Program-made: the position numbers and the translations under genes
DNA from: Callorhinchus milii
Lineage: Eukaryota
Length of the DNA: 64,000 nucleotides
Assembly (NCBI RefSeq): GCF_018977255.1
Contig: NW_024704742.1
Span: 1,552,001-1,616,000, forward strand
Reading direction: 5' to 3'
In this document: piece by piece, positions 1-13,555 of the stretch
Numbering within the stretch: position 1 is the first letter of the stretch
Layout of the letters: every line of letters starts with the position of its first letter
Notes under the pieces: generated by a model
The model's database searches: none
What the model saw: only the letters and a program-made list of their open reading frames with translations
What the model was told of the DNA's origin: nothing

Positions 1-3000
1 TGATGGGGTACGATTTGTGGTGTTTTACCCTGGTGGCCATTGATTTGATCATCTCCGCAATTGGCACCCTTCAGTGCGAACTAACACTTCAAACTTCACA
101 CAAAGCCTTGTGTCAATGCACCAAATGGCCACTCGCCGACAGCAACCCTGTTCCTTGGTTCCTTGAAAACGACAGGAATCCCAAATGACTGTAAGTACGA
201 TTTCATTAGTCATTCTGGACTTTGAGTTATCAATCTTTTCAGTCAGTTAGCCCCAGGCAAAAAATAGCGAGTTACAGAAGAGCTGATTGATAAGTGGTAC
301 TTGGATGGTGGGTGAGAGCAGGGCGGGGGGGGGGGGGGGGGAGGAGAGAGGAGGGGGGGTGCGTGGGGGGAGCTATAAAATTCCAATCCGCCTTACAACA
401 GAGCTACTGATCTTGTCCTCCCGACGTGAAAGGCGCTATAATAAACGTCATTTTGTTGTTGTTGTTGTTTTGTTTACATGTCATTTCATTTTGATTACGT
501 TTGCCATCTCCTCGCTGTTGCTTCGACCCCCGCGCCTGCGGTCATCTTTCCTATTCCCACATATTTGACTTTTAAAAAAAAAAATTCACTGGGTGTTATC
601 GCGCTTCAGAGCGGTTCGTTCCACTTCAACTCTGGTGGTGCTGATGCCTTGCAGCACTTTGGGATGTCCTCCTGACACGAAAGGGCTGCACAAATGTCGT
701 TGTTGTTGTCGTTGATGTTGTTGTTGCATTCTGAATTGAGACAACAGGAGTTCAAGCACAGTTAAGCAAATCTCGGGGTCCACAACCCAGTTGGATTAAA
801 AGGAAACCTGCGTTATAACAAATAGGGTTATACTGGAGTTCTGTATCAAGGTTCTGCTGTGTCCAGGGTGGAGGCTGATCTTCAGACAGTGAGGGTAACC
901 TCCTCTGTATAGGTCTGACATCTGCCACTAGTACTGAAATACTCTGAAAGCTACTCATCCACCTGTCATCCTGACACCAAATGTGACCCTTTGATACACG
1001 TCGCAATTATCCAATCTCTTCACCTGCAATTATTTGGGCTGTGACCTACTTCTGAAAACTCACCTTCGATCCTCAAACGAAAATTCAGTCCCAAGGTGTT
1101 TAACCACTCATAATTAATAGCATTCAGATGTACAAAACTACTTTCAATCATCATTATAAACATTTTCAGATTAATAGTTATTATTATGCAAATCTGATTC
1201 AAAGTAGTCTAAGTGATTATTTCCAGAATACATTTCCTGCCTCTCTTTCTCATTTGGATTATCAGATACATGATGAAATCTGCTCGAGCCCTGATAGTAA
1301 TTCCATTCCATATAGTCTTTGGTCACCCCTTGGACTCTGGCTAGTAAACGGAATTGGGCTCATTCTTACTGACTCTGAACCCTGGAGATTCAGGTTCAAA
1401 TCCCATATAAGAAGAGGTGTTTAATGGACCATTTATCTTGGAACATTGCTGCTACTGGAAGATGGCAAGATGTACGATGCAGTTACCGACTCTGGAGCTG
1501 CTCTTGACTGACCTGGAGAGACGGCAATGCCAAAGGCAGCAAAGCAGGTGCCATCTCCTGTTGCTTTGACTCTACCTTCGATCCGCCCACCTCACCACCT
1601 CAGTCCCACCCCTTTGCAGAAGTTCTAGCTTGCTCCGAGCAAGCTTTCAAAGGTCCTCTTTAAAGGTCCACTGCTTTCGCCTAATTGCTCCTCTTCCCTT
1701 GGTGGCTCGCGTGAGTGTCTGGCAGACTGTAGATCCAGTTTCCTTATGATCTCGGCCACAAAAGCAGCACCTCACTTTAGAAGTTCGAGGGCTTCCTTTT
1801 TGACGCAGAGGATAACTGGCCAGTGTTGTGCACTTTCCTGCAAGGCCTGAAGGGTTGAATATCAACGGAGTGATTCATCCTTTGAACGTTAACCTTCAAT
1901 TCCCAGCGGACTTTGGCACGTGTAGATAAAACCAATTTTAAATTGTCACAGTATTGCTATGCTGTTTGTGGGTGGGGCATTGCACGAATTTGTTGCCAGC
2001 TTCATCCACAAACACGGACACTACACTTGACAGTAACTACTGTGAAGCGCTTTGATTCACTGTGATCAAGCTATATCAAATGCAAGGATTATTATTGTCC
2101 CCCAATGTTACACAGACTGGTACAACAACGATAACAACTTGCATTTATAATAGCGCCATCCTGGAGAGTCTGAACACCGAGTCAGGGGGAGAGAGAGAGA
2201 GAGAGGTGGGGGAAGTGACCCCCTCAGCACAATCAAAAAGGAAGGTATTTGAGATGGGATTTGAAAGTGGGGAGAGAGGGGACAAGACGGAGAGATTGAG
2301 GGAGAGAGTTCCAAAGCGTAGGTACCCCATTATCTCCAGTCAGAGTACTGTTACACTGTGCCGCACAATGTTGAAGGGAGATAACCTGAAGAACCGAAGG
2401 CTCTGACATTCATCACATTCTAGTCTTCTAATCTTCGGCCTTCCTGGCTAACGTTTGGCTAATCTTCGGCTGCCCCTTGCTACCGAGCAGAGCCAGAGCT
2501 GTGCCTGCGATCAGACCCTTTTCAGCGTAATCAAACCGATCCAATCTGAGACAATAAAAACCTGAAGAAGCATCGACATTGTTCTGCACAGCGGCCCCTG
2601 GTAAACATGCCAGTTATCACGGGAACCAACAGGATTCGTTAAGTGTTTGAGTAAAGAAATAGTAATTAAATATCAAGACAAGTGCATCGCTTGTCAACTC
2701 CATTTCCCTCCCACTTTTGGATAGTAATTATACAGTGTTGTATCTTCCAATCCTTATATTGAAAGTCACAGTTTAAAATATTATCCTAAATCCTATCTTA
2801 TAACACATTAAGGAATCTGAATCAACAATAAATTTGTGGACAGTCTAAAATATTATCCTAAATATATATATGTGTATATATTATATATAATATATATATA
2901 TATCGGTATATAATATATAGGGAGTTTCTCCTGGTGTCCTAGCCAAGAATGCCCCAAATAAAACTCATTTCATAGCTGTTTGTAAACACTCCTGTGATGT

Positions 3001-3690
3001 GCTGTGAGACATCCTCCCAACGTGACAGGTCCTATACATCAATTTGAGACATCATCCCGAAGTGAGAGGCTCTTTAAATCAAATGCAAGTATTATTATTG
3101 TTATTATTATTATGTACATGCCATTAAGGTTTCAGTCGACTTGTTTATGAACGTATTCTGTACGCGGTACAATATTCCTCTAAGATCTCCTGGAACCCAT
3201 CTGTAGTTTTAATCTTGTGCCCAGAAGCAGAGAGAAAAAAAGACCATTGGCTTGTTACCACACGATGCCCAAAGGCTACTGTAAAAAATTATGAAAATTG
3301 ATCATTTTTATGCATGAAAAGTATTGGTGGAATATTCATCTCGTTCCCCACTTTGGGGTATGGTTTGCAAGCTTTTGTCTGAAAAATGTCGACAATTACG
3401 GATGATCCCGAATGCACTCATTAACTCAAATGAATATTTTCAAATGGGCGGTGTCACGAGTTTCTGTGGAATGTGCAGCAGGAGCAGAATTGCCGTCTTC
3501 TGGGGATCGCACACAGACACTCTCTAACATTTCGTGAGCTGATCGAACAGGGTCCAATTCACGAGCGCTTATGGCAAACAGTGTGATATGAAAATATTAC
3601 AGAGTGTCTCTCTTCCCCGCTCCGAACCAGCAGCTCCCCATCCTCTATCCTTCACCAGATCCCAAGATATTCCATTGTAAACATATTTGT

Positions 3691-4059
3691 GGAGTCCTGT
3701 AGTGTAGCGGCGAGAGCGCTCGCCTCGGAAGCGAGAGAACTTGGGTTTGATTCCCGGGCAGGGCGAAATGTTGGGCAAGTTTCCTTCATGCACACGTCTC
3801 TGTTTACCTAGCAGTAAGCAGCGACCCGGTTGTTAAGTCGATTGGCGGATCGCTTTTCTGTGGGTAATAATCCCTTCAAAAAAAAATAGTAATAATTTGA
3901 TCACTCAATCCATGACTGTTTACGGGGATACTGCTGTGCGTAGTTGTCTGCTGTGTTTTGCTCAAAAAATATACAGTCTATTCACTTTGCAGTATATTCT
4001 GTGAAGAGCTTTGAGATGTATCGAAGACCTGACCTAGATCAAATGCAAGGATTATTATT
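3691..4059 (+). mobile_element. tRNA-Ala-derived SINE, long subfamily
   Basis: ggagtcctgtag head with A/B boxes, internal ctctgtttacctagcagtaag segment, 3' aaatgcaagg(att)n tail. Confidence 0.9.
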
Positions 4060-4187
4060 CTTATTCCTCTGCCCACCCCCTTTCGCTCAGCTGCACATCT
4101 TGAGAGAAGCCCCTCGAGCAAGATTTCAGCCCTTGACATAACGGTGAGCGACACTGCCTTAAATCTTCTGAATGTTTCCGTTTGTAG

Positions 4188-4294
4188 GTATCAGATCATG
4201 AACCGCCCGGCTTACAGGATGAAGCACAAAATCGTGACCTCGTTGGAATGGAGGTGCTGTCCTGGTTACACTGGAGCAAAATGCGAACCCAAAG
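4188..4294 (+). CDS. MMRN1: Multimerin-1 internal coding exon (C-terminal half of EMI domain; probably exon 3)
   Basis: tttgtag acceptor and AAAG|gtcaga donor; encodes (R)YQIMNRPAYRMKHKIVTSLEWRCCPGYTGAKCEPK with the EMI-domain WRCCPG(Y/F)xGxxC signature; phase 2 to phase 1. Confidence 0.95.
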
Positions 4295-6294
4295 GTCAGA
4301 ATTTCCTTGTACCGTGTTCCTCTGCCCTCTTCCTTCACTGACGTAATACGTGCCTCTCACCCCACTTTGTGCCACCATCGGTGGCTGAGCCTTCAGCCAT
4401 TACACCCTCAAATTCTGGAACTCCCTTCCTCTATTCCTCTACCTCATCGCCTGTCTTTCCATCTTCAAATCCCACCTTAAAATAATGACCAACTACAGTC
4501 ACATACCATCCCCCCACCCCCCACCCACCATCACCCAGGAAATTTACAGCACAAAGAAGGACGCTGTGTCCTTCTCAGCTCTTACAAGAGCAATCCTTTC
4601 AGCCCCGTTTACCTGCTCTTTCCCACATTCCCCTTCCTCCTAGCTCAGCATCCAACTCTGCCACTGAATGACGTGCTCCGAACAAGGATGGGGGGGTGAG
4701 GGGTAAGGAGGAGCGAGCCAGGGATGTGTTCGAAGAGATAGAAAATGAAGAGAGCACTGTTCTGAAACATCACAAATTTCACGCCATTGTTGGAGGCAAA
4801 AAAAAATCTAAAAAATCCAGAGAAAGCAACAGTCAAAATCTTTAAAACCCTTCGAGCTGATGCTTCCTCCTCCAACTGAAATGAGCAAAAGCAACACACC
4901 CAGGAATTGAACCTTTTGTAAACCCTGCAGCTCAAGAAACCAATTGCTTCACCATTGAAACGCAGGTAGTGGCGACAGATTTCAAAGAGAACGGAAAGCA
5001 GAATTTCCACCTCGTCTTACCCTGTAAGACTATTTTGTCTGCCAGCTGGAACTCACTGGAACTCCATCCCGGACTCGTTCCCTCTGTCACCTCTTTCGAG
5101 TTCTGTTTCGTGACCTTCCTCTTTGACGTCGCCTTTGACCATCGGGTGCCAAACCAGAGCCTTAGGACGTCCCATAAACACCACATCAAAGGCGTTCTCT
5201 AAATATAATATAAAACACAAATGTGTTATTATTGTTGTTGTTGATAGCATTTAAGATTTTGCTAAACTGTGGAAAATTCAATCGGAACTTGGAAACCAGT
5301 TTACTTTTATGAACTATACGGCCAAACAACTTCCAACTTAATTGAAGAACTTCCCACAAATGAAACGTTTTAAGAGCTATGACTAACTGGAATATCAGGC
5401 CTTCGGCTCCTTGCGTTGGAAATTCAATCTCATCTCAACTGGAAAGGTCAGAGAACAATATCAGATAATGAAAAGAACAGAAAGGCCCTGACGATCTAAA
5501 TTGATTGCAAATTCCCTGGAAGGGAACGCAAAAATGATTCGGTGCCACAAAGGATAAAAAGGGCGCCGTGAAATTTAACAGAAAAGAAATTCCTGGGGGG
5601 GAAAAAAAAGATTAAAAATATGAAGAGATGTGATCGATTTATAAACTCTCGTGGCAGTGCCGAAGGGTACCTGGAGCATGGGAGCAAGGCTCAAGTGTCT
5701 TTGCAATTTCAAGAAGAAACTAGAAAGGTAACGGCCGAGGGAATCACGGTGAGAAGAGGTGTCCCAGAGATAGCAAGCGCTGGTGTGAGCCTAAGCGCTC
5801 CTGCCCACCCCTAGTGACCCTTGCTGGAAGGTTCACGTGTCCATGTTCGTGAGGACAGGATTGGGCAAAGCCTCAATACCCCTTAGAGTAGAAAAGCTCG
5901 TGACACTCACAGTAAAAGCTTACACGTGAAGGATAGTCACTTGAGTGACGACACAGAGTGCTACTGGTGCACGTAGAACCATTTCCCCAGCAAGAGTCAG
6001 TGGCTTGGGGAAAGGCAATATTTTAGGGAAGACAGTTGATAAAAACAATTACCAGTCATCAATATGGCCCTAAGTCACCTGACACAATGCAATATGGTGC
6101 TGTTATTTTCTACTACAGTATATTAAAAAAAAGCCGTAAAGGAGCAGAATTGGAAGGGGAGAATTTTTTTTTTTAACTGGCAACTGACTGGCTCAAGTGG
6201 AAAAAAAATAAATGTATGTGCCAGTGAGAAACCAGCCGGGTAGTAAACCTGTTTTGATACCAGCATTACTTCCAGGTTACAGAGCAAACATCTG

Positions 6295-6768
6295 TAAACA
6301 GACGATTGCTTTCAGCCACTACGCCCCGAAACCTTGGAAGGCTCTCCCTCAGCTCTGCCACCTTCCCATTTTTCACATCACGCCCGAAGACTTTCCTCTT
6401 CGACCGTGCTGACGGTCACCTCCTCCCTCATCCAGACTTGGGGTCAGGCTCCGCCACTGCTAAGTGCTCTGAGAGGCTACCCCACTGCAAGCTGTTCTTG
6501 TTGCTTCTTAGGGCGGGCTGGTCTTCAGCCCCTTCCCTCTGGAACTTCATCTCGCAGACCCTCTGCCTCGCCCCCTCCCTTGCTCCTTCAAGACCCGCCT
6601 CAAGACCCTCCTTTTCAACTGTGCCTTCGGTCACCCTCCGTCCCCGCTTGCCTTCAACCCTCCCCGATCCTGCACCCCCGGCTCAGGTCTGAAACGCTGA
6701 CTGTCCAGCACCGTGGGACGTTCTCCCGACGTGAACGGCATCATACAAATGTAATTGTTGTTGTTGTG
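6295..6768 (+). mobile_element. L2-clade LINE 3' fragment with internal duplication (other L2-like 3' scraps at ~2150-2325 (-), 4345-4480, 5045-5245, 18950-19240, 34010-34200 (-), 48420-48610)
   Basis: AFSHYAPKPWKALP motif, pyrimidine-rich 3' UTR, terminal hairpin and (ttg)n tail. Confidence 0.72.
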
Positions 6769-6812
6769 TGGATAATTCCTCAAGACATGCTTGACATGCT
6801 GACACAGGTGTC

Positions 6813-7256
6813 GGCCAAGCTCAGTTAGTTGCACTCTCACCTCTAACTCGGAAGGTTGTGGGCTCAAGCTCCACATCAGGTCTTTAGCTCATTGTCGAGG
6901 CTGAGACTCCAACACGAACATCTTTGCATTTATAAAGCCCTTCACTCCAGGACAGTACTGGGAAAGCGCCTCATTTTTGGAGGGTCTGTCAGATGAGACA
7001 TTAAACCAAGGTCCTGTTTGCCAGTTCAGATGGATTGCAGTTAAAGATCCCTTTGTACCACGGCATCAGGGCCAACAGTCCCCCGGATGAAATCGGTCAG
7101 CCCCACTTCGATGGCTGCTTGTGCGGCATTGCTGCCTGCAAGTTGGCTGTCGCTTCAGTATGTACAATTCAGGCTGTATTTTGACAGTAATTCCTGTGAA
7201 GTGCTTTGAGATATCTCAGTGACCCACACTATATCAAATGCAAGGATTATTACTAT
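6813..7256 (+). mobile_element. Older tRNA-headed SINE with Deu-domain-like core
   Basis: gctcagttagtt...cacctct head; cagatgagacattaaaccaaggtcctgtttgccagttcagatgg...aaagatccc core resembling the DeuSINE (SacSINE1/AmnSINE1-type) domain; aaatgcaagg(att) tail. Confidence 0.75.
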
Positions 7257-8235
7257 GCTTTGAACTGCTTTGAGTAATGGCCCAGTGAGAACCAACTGAA
7301 AAACTGAGACTTGGCATCTGAGAGGAAGTAAATTGTGGTGCACACACAGAACCTCTGGTGTTCGAATAAAAATAAAAGTGGAACCCAGAGATCTGACCGA
7401 GGCACATGAGCCCAAGTGAAACAAGGAAGTTTCTTGCGAGCCTCCAGGGTTTCTTTCACTATTAATTGCTCAGTGTTGCGCAGAGGTAAAAGCAATCAGA
7501 AGCGCAGAGCAAAAGGAGGAAGTTTGCTTGAAGCTCAATTGCGAAAATAATTTCTTCAACTCTGACCCTCTTTTTTCTTTGATTTAGAACAAAGTTTAAC
7601 GCCCACTCTCAAATCTCCTCCCGTCCACAAATTCCAATGTAAATTTTGCAATTCGATTTGGCTCGTAATTATCCACATAAAATGCAATTAGATGATGATA
7701 ACTTGACAGTTATATAGAAAGTAGCACAGGAGTGGTATACTCTGAGCCTCAGTGACACAAATCCTTTCCATTGATTTGAACTGGACTGAGCACTCAAGAG
7801 TTAAACTCTGTCAGTAAAGGGGTAATTAATTGAATGGGATTTAATTCAGAATACTTTTGATGTCTTCACATCAAGACACAAAACTAAAAGCTCCTCGGAT
7901 TGCTTGTGGATTCCGTTCCATATTTCACAGTTCCACATCGAGTATCTTCTCCATTATACAAGGTTGCGGCGTTTAGCTGACAGACGACCCTGTGAACTGG
8001 TTCAAATGAGGCCTATGGATGTAGTGGAATGCCTCGGCCCAGTCAGTTTAGTTCGGGGCATGTGGCTCCAGGCAGTAAGGTCAATGTGCGATATCAAGCT
8101 GCTGACCTTCTACAATCGCCAGACGAGCAGCAATGGTGAAACTGGCCAGAATACATGACAACCGAGCCAACCATTGAACTGCACCGTTTGATACCTGTCC
8201 AGTTAGGCCCCACCCTACCAGTTAAGAGCTTCATC

Positions 8236-8438
8236 TCGGCTGGCTCAGTTGGTTGCACTTCTCCCATCTGGGTCAGAGGGTTGCGGGTTCGAGTCCCGTG
8301 TCGGGACTTGGAACTCGTACAGTCTCAGCTGACACTCCAACGCAGTGCTGGGGGTGTACTGCATTGTTGGAGGTGCTGTCATCAGATGTGACCTTAAACC
8401 AAGGTCCCGTCTGCCTGTTCAGGTGGATGTTAAGGATT
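8236..8438 (+). mobile_element. Deu-like SINE 5' portion
   Basis: ggctcagttggt head, gggttcgagtccc B box, ggaggtgctgtc...ttaaaccaaggtcccgtctgcctgttcaggtggatgttaag core. Confidence 0.75.
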
Positions 8439-8904
8439 TATATTGCTCAACCAGTGACGCATTCCACTGAATCCTACAATTGTGGGAGCCCGCACTGCCT
8501 GACGTTTGTGCAAAATTATACTCAACAGATCTTAAGATCAGGTTCACACAATATGTTTTGTGGTGAACGAGGACATTAATGAAACCAGAGCCAAAGCCAT
8601 GCAAGTGTTGATGGCTCCAATCCTGTTTTTTTTTTCCTTTTTCCAAAATTCAGCGTGTCTGGCTAATTTAGTGGGAGATTTTCTAGGAGCAGGAAGCCAG
8701 GCTGGGTTTCCCTCTTCAACCCTCTGCCGCCCAGGGACAATTTTGCTTCTCCAGCTAAGACCTTAGCATGGAATAAGAATTGAACTAGCCCTTTATCCAT
8801 TAGTTATGGCTCTCTGCTCTGGTACTCCATCCTCGTGGGCATTGTCGACATGCAAGCCTTGGCAATGAGTGTCAATAAGCCACTCCACAGCAGAGACTAC
8901 CACT

Positions 8905-9220
8905 ACTCCAGTAGTATAGTGGTTACGACACTCGCCTCGCAAGGAAGAGGAGGATACCAGTTCGATTTCGTTCGCTCCACACGCCTATACTTACCTAGCA
9001 GGAAATAGGAACCCAGTTGTTAATCGGTCGGCAGATCACTTTCCGGGGATAATAATCCCTCCAAAAAATAAACAAATAATTGGTCACTCGATCCACGACT
9101 ATTTGTGGAACATTGCTGTGTGCAACGGCCAACGAATTCAATATATTCTGTGAGGGCGCTTTGAGACATCTGAACGATGTGGCAAAGGCGCTTTAGCAAA
9201 TGCAAGGATTATTATTATTA
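8905..9220 (+). mobile_element. tRNA-derived SINE, long subfamily, diverged
   Basis: Degenerate head, ttacctagcag segment, gcgctttgagac...aaatgcaagg(att)n tail. Confidence 0.85.
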
Positions 9221-9579
9221 CTCCACAAGGGTTGCCCAGGCTTCGCTCTTTTTTGGCTTAAGCAGAAATTGGTGTGGGACAGACAGACAGGTAGACAGGC
9301 AGACCAGCAACAACCACCACCATGTCAAGCAGGTGCTGATACCCTCGAGCACTGTTGGACTCTCATTAGAGTGTCCCATTGTACAGGAGTAATGCAGTCA
9401 CGGTATATTTCTTGGAAAGTGAATTAAAAAAAGCTATTTTCATGCAAAAATCGCTGTAGTTGTAGACGATAACAATAAATGAAACACGCAGCTCGTAAAG
9501 AAAAACTGAGAATGTAAAGCAATTACAGTTTGCGATACGAAAGATTATGCGAACTCCTGTGTTTCGTTTTTATACACAG

Positions 9580-9669
9580 AGCAACAGTTGAAGAGACAAG
9601 CTGAGGAGAACCAAGCAGAGAGTCACGTGGCTGTGGAAACTCCAAGGGATCAGCAGCACAATGATCCAG
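9580..9669 (+). CDS. MMRN1: Multimerin-1 internal coding exon (90 bp, probably exon 4); not in the ORF track
   Basis: ttttatacacag acceptor and CCAG|gttagc donor; phase 1-1; encodes EQQLKRQAEENQAESHVAVETPRDQQHNDP, resembling NQAESHTAV...DP of mammalian MMRN1 as I recall it. Confidence 0.88.
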
Positions 9670-11500
9670 GTTAGCAAAACGCTGCCCGTCTCATACCAAG
9701 ACCTTAAATAAGTAACTCGAATGACTAATCAAATACATTTGATTCACCGAGAACAATCAACATATAGGAAACAAATCGTAAAATCAAATGGGTCTGCACA
9801 TTATTACCCTTTTACGCCTGAGACCTGACCAGGCCAAGCACTCCGAGCGTTCCCATTCTATTCCAGACGTGGGGAAGTTTCCACGTGCGGGTGACATACA
9901 CACGTGGAACTCTCAGATCGGTTTGGATACTCTTAAGCATAGTGATGGGTTTCCGCACGTAGGAGACACTCGGCTAACCGAGAGACAATGAACATACACA
10001 CCAGGGAGTTTTTTGTCCATAGGAAAGTTTGGGATTTTTTTTTTACCATTTTGGGCATATTAATAATAATCCTTGCATTTGATATAGTGCCTTATCACGT
10101 TGTGATTTTGTAGAGTACAGACAGTTCACATCGGTGATTACGGAGCCCTTCGATCATTCCGGTGCAGTTTGAAAGGCTGCTTCTTCTTCGATCGAAGGTG
10201 CTGTGTCAGAGGGGGTGCATTTCCCCACTCGTGACTTGAGCCCCATTGTCAATGGACTGGCAGGTGGTGAACTGTCAGCCGCACAATTGGAGACGCCAAG
10301 AAACTGGTTTTACCAGTGAACGTAAGGTGCTTAAGGTGCAAATCCTTAACAGTCCAGCAACTTGGCGTATCCTCCTGACGTGAAAGGAACTATACAAGTG
10401 TAACTTTGCTGTTGCTGTTAATACTACCCACCAAATGTACTTATCCAAATTGCGACCAGAGCATTTTTTGTTTGGTGGGTGGGGGGGGAGGGGAGAAAAA
10501 CATCCCACGTAATCATACTTATAAGCCAAGTTTCAGTGAGGAATGAATGAGCCTCGTTCAACTCATGAGGAGCAGATGCTATTGCAGTGAATGCATTCCC
10601 ATGAAAGAGTTTTGAAAATGCTTCCAAGAGAGTGCTGTGCGTATATTCACACGTGAGGTGTGCAACTCTGCTTCGTGGAATCGAACACGTTTGCAGGATT
10701 AGGACAGCTGCATACCTCACAGATTGTGTTACATATCAGCACACCCACCCTCCGACAAGAAAAAGAATCGTCCCCATCTGTACACATATCGTCTAAGCCT
10801 TAACTGAATCATACCTGCAGCAGGAAGGTATAGTCCCGATGGAATATGTGAATGGTTAGTGTAAAGCTACTGCGGTTTCGTTAATTTTGCGTGAAGATCA
10901 ACACGGAATCATCCCTGTCGAAATGCTTTCAGTCTGGGTGGTGGTGGGGGGTGTGGGAGGGGGATACGATACATGGTGATTAATTGTATTTAAAAATCCA
11001 TTTTAAAAAAATTCTGTAAAAAATAAGGGAAGCCTCACATCTATCACCATGAGGTCCAGGGAGAGTGTCACTAAATTAGCCAGTTAAGCGTCTGTCTCCA
11101 TGGTATACGTGTTCCCCCCCACCCCACGCACTTAATCATGATTGACAGATCCCCCCCCCCCCACACACACACCAGGGAATAACAATGTCCTGATCCCCTC
11201 ATCAAAAGCATTTAGAATTTTTTTTGGGGCGGGGTTTCGGGAGACACGTGTACTTCGGAAAGGCATTGAAACTGTAAATTGTATATTTCAAGTGATGCAG
11301 CTTTTGTATCCAAGAAACCATGAGGCCCCAACGCAAAAAGCCTTGGTTAATCCAAAAGTCTCTATCCGTTACAGTAAATATGTCAGCCTCCCACTGCTCC
11401 TGCCGCTATTGTTAACATAATTAGGTATTGTGCTCAAAATGTCTGTGTGCACTCAGCCTAATGAATCATAAATCTAACGGCTCATTTTGACGTCCCAAAG

Positions 11501-11674
11501 CATTGACAGCAAAATTCAGCGACAAGTTGTACAATCAGGAGACGAAGCTGGGCCTGCTGCAGAAGAAGGTGGAGAATATTTCTGCCAGCATGAATGATGT
11601 GCAGAGTGTGCTCCTCTCGCTGGAGGGTAAGATGAATGAAGACAGCGGAAAAGACCCACAGTCGACTTCCAAAG
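11501..11674 (+). CDS. MMRN1: Multimerin-1 internal coding exon (174 bp, start of coiled coil; probably exon 5)
   Basis: cccaaag acceptor and AAAG|gtaaac donor; phase 1-1; encodes ALTAKFSDKLYNQETKLGLLQKKVENISASMNDVQSVLLSLEGKMNEDSGKDPQSTSK, with the MMRN1-like KLxLLQKKxxNIS...SLEGK. Confidence 0.93.
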
Positions 11675-13298
11675 GTAAACACAGCGAGCGCTGAAAGCTT
11701 CTAGCGGGTTGAGTTTGTCTTGGGCTGTTTCCGGAGAGCGGCTGATATCGGGACTGATAATAGTCGCTTTGGGGCTCCGAGGGAGGCCAAACTCAAATCG
11801 TCTGGGCGCGTGCGATCAAAAACGACAAGGATCGTTGCACACAAGTGTGGCAAACCTGCTCTAGATCATCAGAGAGATGCAAAACACACAGGCCAGGAGT
11901 CAGTCAGTGGATTTACCAACCCTTCCCTTAGCCGACTGAGATTCAGCCATACCTCTGCACACCAGAAATCATATATATATAATATATCAATTTATTAATC
12001 AAATGTCTATAAAAACGGTTATATGAAATGGAGAAAGGAAGCGTTTGCATTAATCACAGAGAAGCACTGGGAGGAGGCGGGCGAATGACACAGTTACACA
12101 GCTGGTTCCGTGTCCACGTGGCCCTTGTACACAATCGAGATTGATCGCCGGTACCTCTTCATTGGGCACCGGGGACGGCTTCATTTTACGGCCTCTTGGC
12201 GTCCAGAATTAAATACGTTTGGAACTCCGGAGAGTGTGTCTCTGCATTCCTTGGAAATCTGTTTAGCTGCTGTCATTGCCACAAGCTGGCAGGATCCAGA
12301 TATGACCCACCACTGCACCATCCCAAAATGGATACAAAGAGGTCCCCCTACCCCACCCACCCACCACCACCCCCAATACCTCAGCAGTCGGAATCGACGC
12401 TCTCCACCCCGTCCCCACCGCCACCACCGCACTGGGATCCATTCAGGTACCAATCAGTACCTACCCTTAAACTGCTGGATCAGATGTGTCCCACCCTGAC
12501 CATACTTCCAATCCAAAACAGACTCACCTCAAGTCATAGATACAATGTTAGAGGGAAAATTATTGTTAGCAGATCAGTCACACGCCATGTGCGTTGGGCG
12601 GGAGGCCGGCTGGAAATCATTCCAGGGACAAATAGCATCCTTCACGCGTATCCACGAGGATTGTATCGATTTGGTTTTTTTTTTACGTGACATCTGAACA
12701 GCCGTTGAGCTGTGCCAAATTCCACAGGGAACTGGAGATCACATTGAATCGATGGCAAAGTCTGAGGAGCAGGAGAGGGCTACCATCAGAGAAATAGTTC
12801 AAACCATATCTTGCGCTCCAACATAGATAGACATTGTTATCTTCCTCCATTGAAAGCCATTTATTTTCTTGTGTCCAAGTGTGATATTTCGATGCTTTCT
12901 ATGATGGCAGAAAATCAATCGTATATTTTAGTGAGTAAAAGTTTTTTTTTCCCCAGCCGGTTTTACTGCTCTAATTCCCTGAAGGCATCCAACTCCTTTT
13001 TCCTTCTACTGGGATACAATTCCCCAGAAGCCGACTAATTCGCCAGAGTGGCCTCTGTGAGCCTTGGTTGCCAATAGGACCACAATTTCTACACAATTGC
13101 ACCCTCTAGCAGAGGTCTCTAGATGGCAGTCAGGAATAGGAAGGGATGCTCATTTTCCCCATCCCATGCTCCATCCATCCCAAGGAGTGTTTAGTTCCAG
13201 AAACAGTTGTGGTTCCCCAGTGGAGACTTTCGACAAGATCAGCACAGAGAGGGATTTTTTGTGTGTAATGTTCCCTGATGGTCTCTTTACCCTCTTAA

Positions 13299-13555
13299 GG
13301 AGTCCTGTAACTAAGTGGTTAGAGCACTCGCTTCGCAAGCGAGAGGAGCTGGGTTCAACTACCAGCAGGGCGAAACGTTGGGCAAGTTTCCTCAGTCCAC
13401 ACGCCTCTGTTCATCTAGCAGTAAATAGGACTCGATCCACGACTGTTTGTGGGACGCTGCTGTGCAAAATTAGCTGCTGTGTTTCGCCCACAAAATATAC
13501 AGTCAATTCACTTTATGGTGTATTCTGTGAAAGGCTTTGAGACGTCTCGAAGACT
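13299..13555 (+). mobile_element. tRNA-Ala-derived SINE, long subfamily, internally deleted and 3'-clipped
   Basis: ggagtcctgtaactaagtggttagagcactcgcttcgcaagcgag head; body matches the other copies. Confidence 0.88.

Noticed and set aside
120..196. Strong donor GACT|gtaagt as candidate MMRN1 exon 2
   Set aside because: The required phase-2 frame has TGA immediately before the donor and no EMI NWC motif is present
770..836. cgttataac...gggttatactg, reminiscent of a Tigger/pogo-type MITE end
   Set aside because: No matching opposite terminus could be found by eye
9240..9295. Pyrimidine tract, cag, then AAATTGGTGT (RNWC), resembling the start of the EMI-domain exon
   Set aside because: It lies downstream of the exon it should precede and similarity ends after four codons; likely chance
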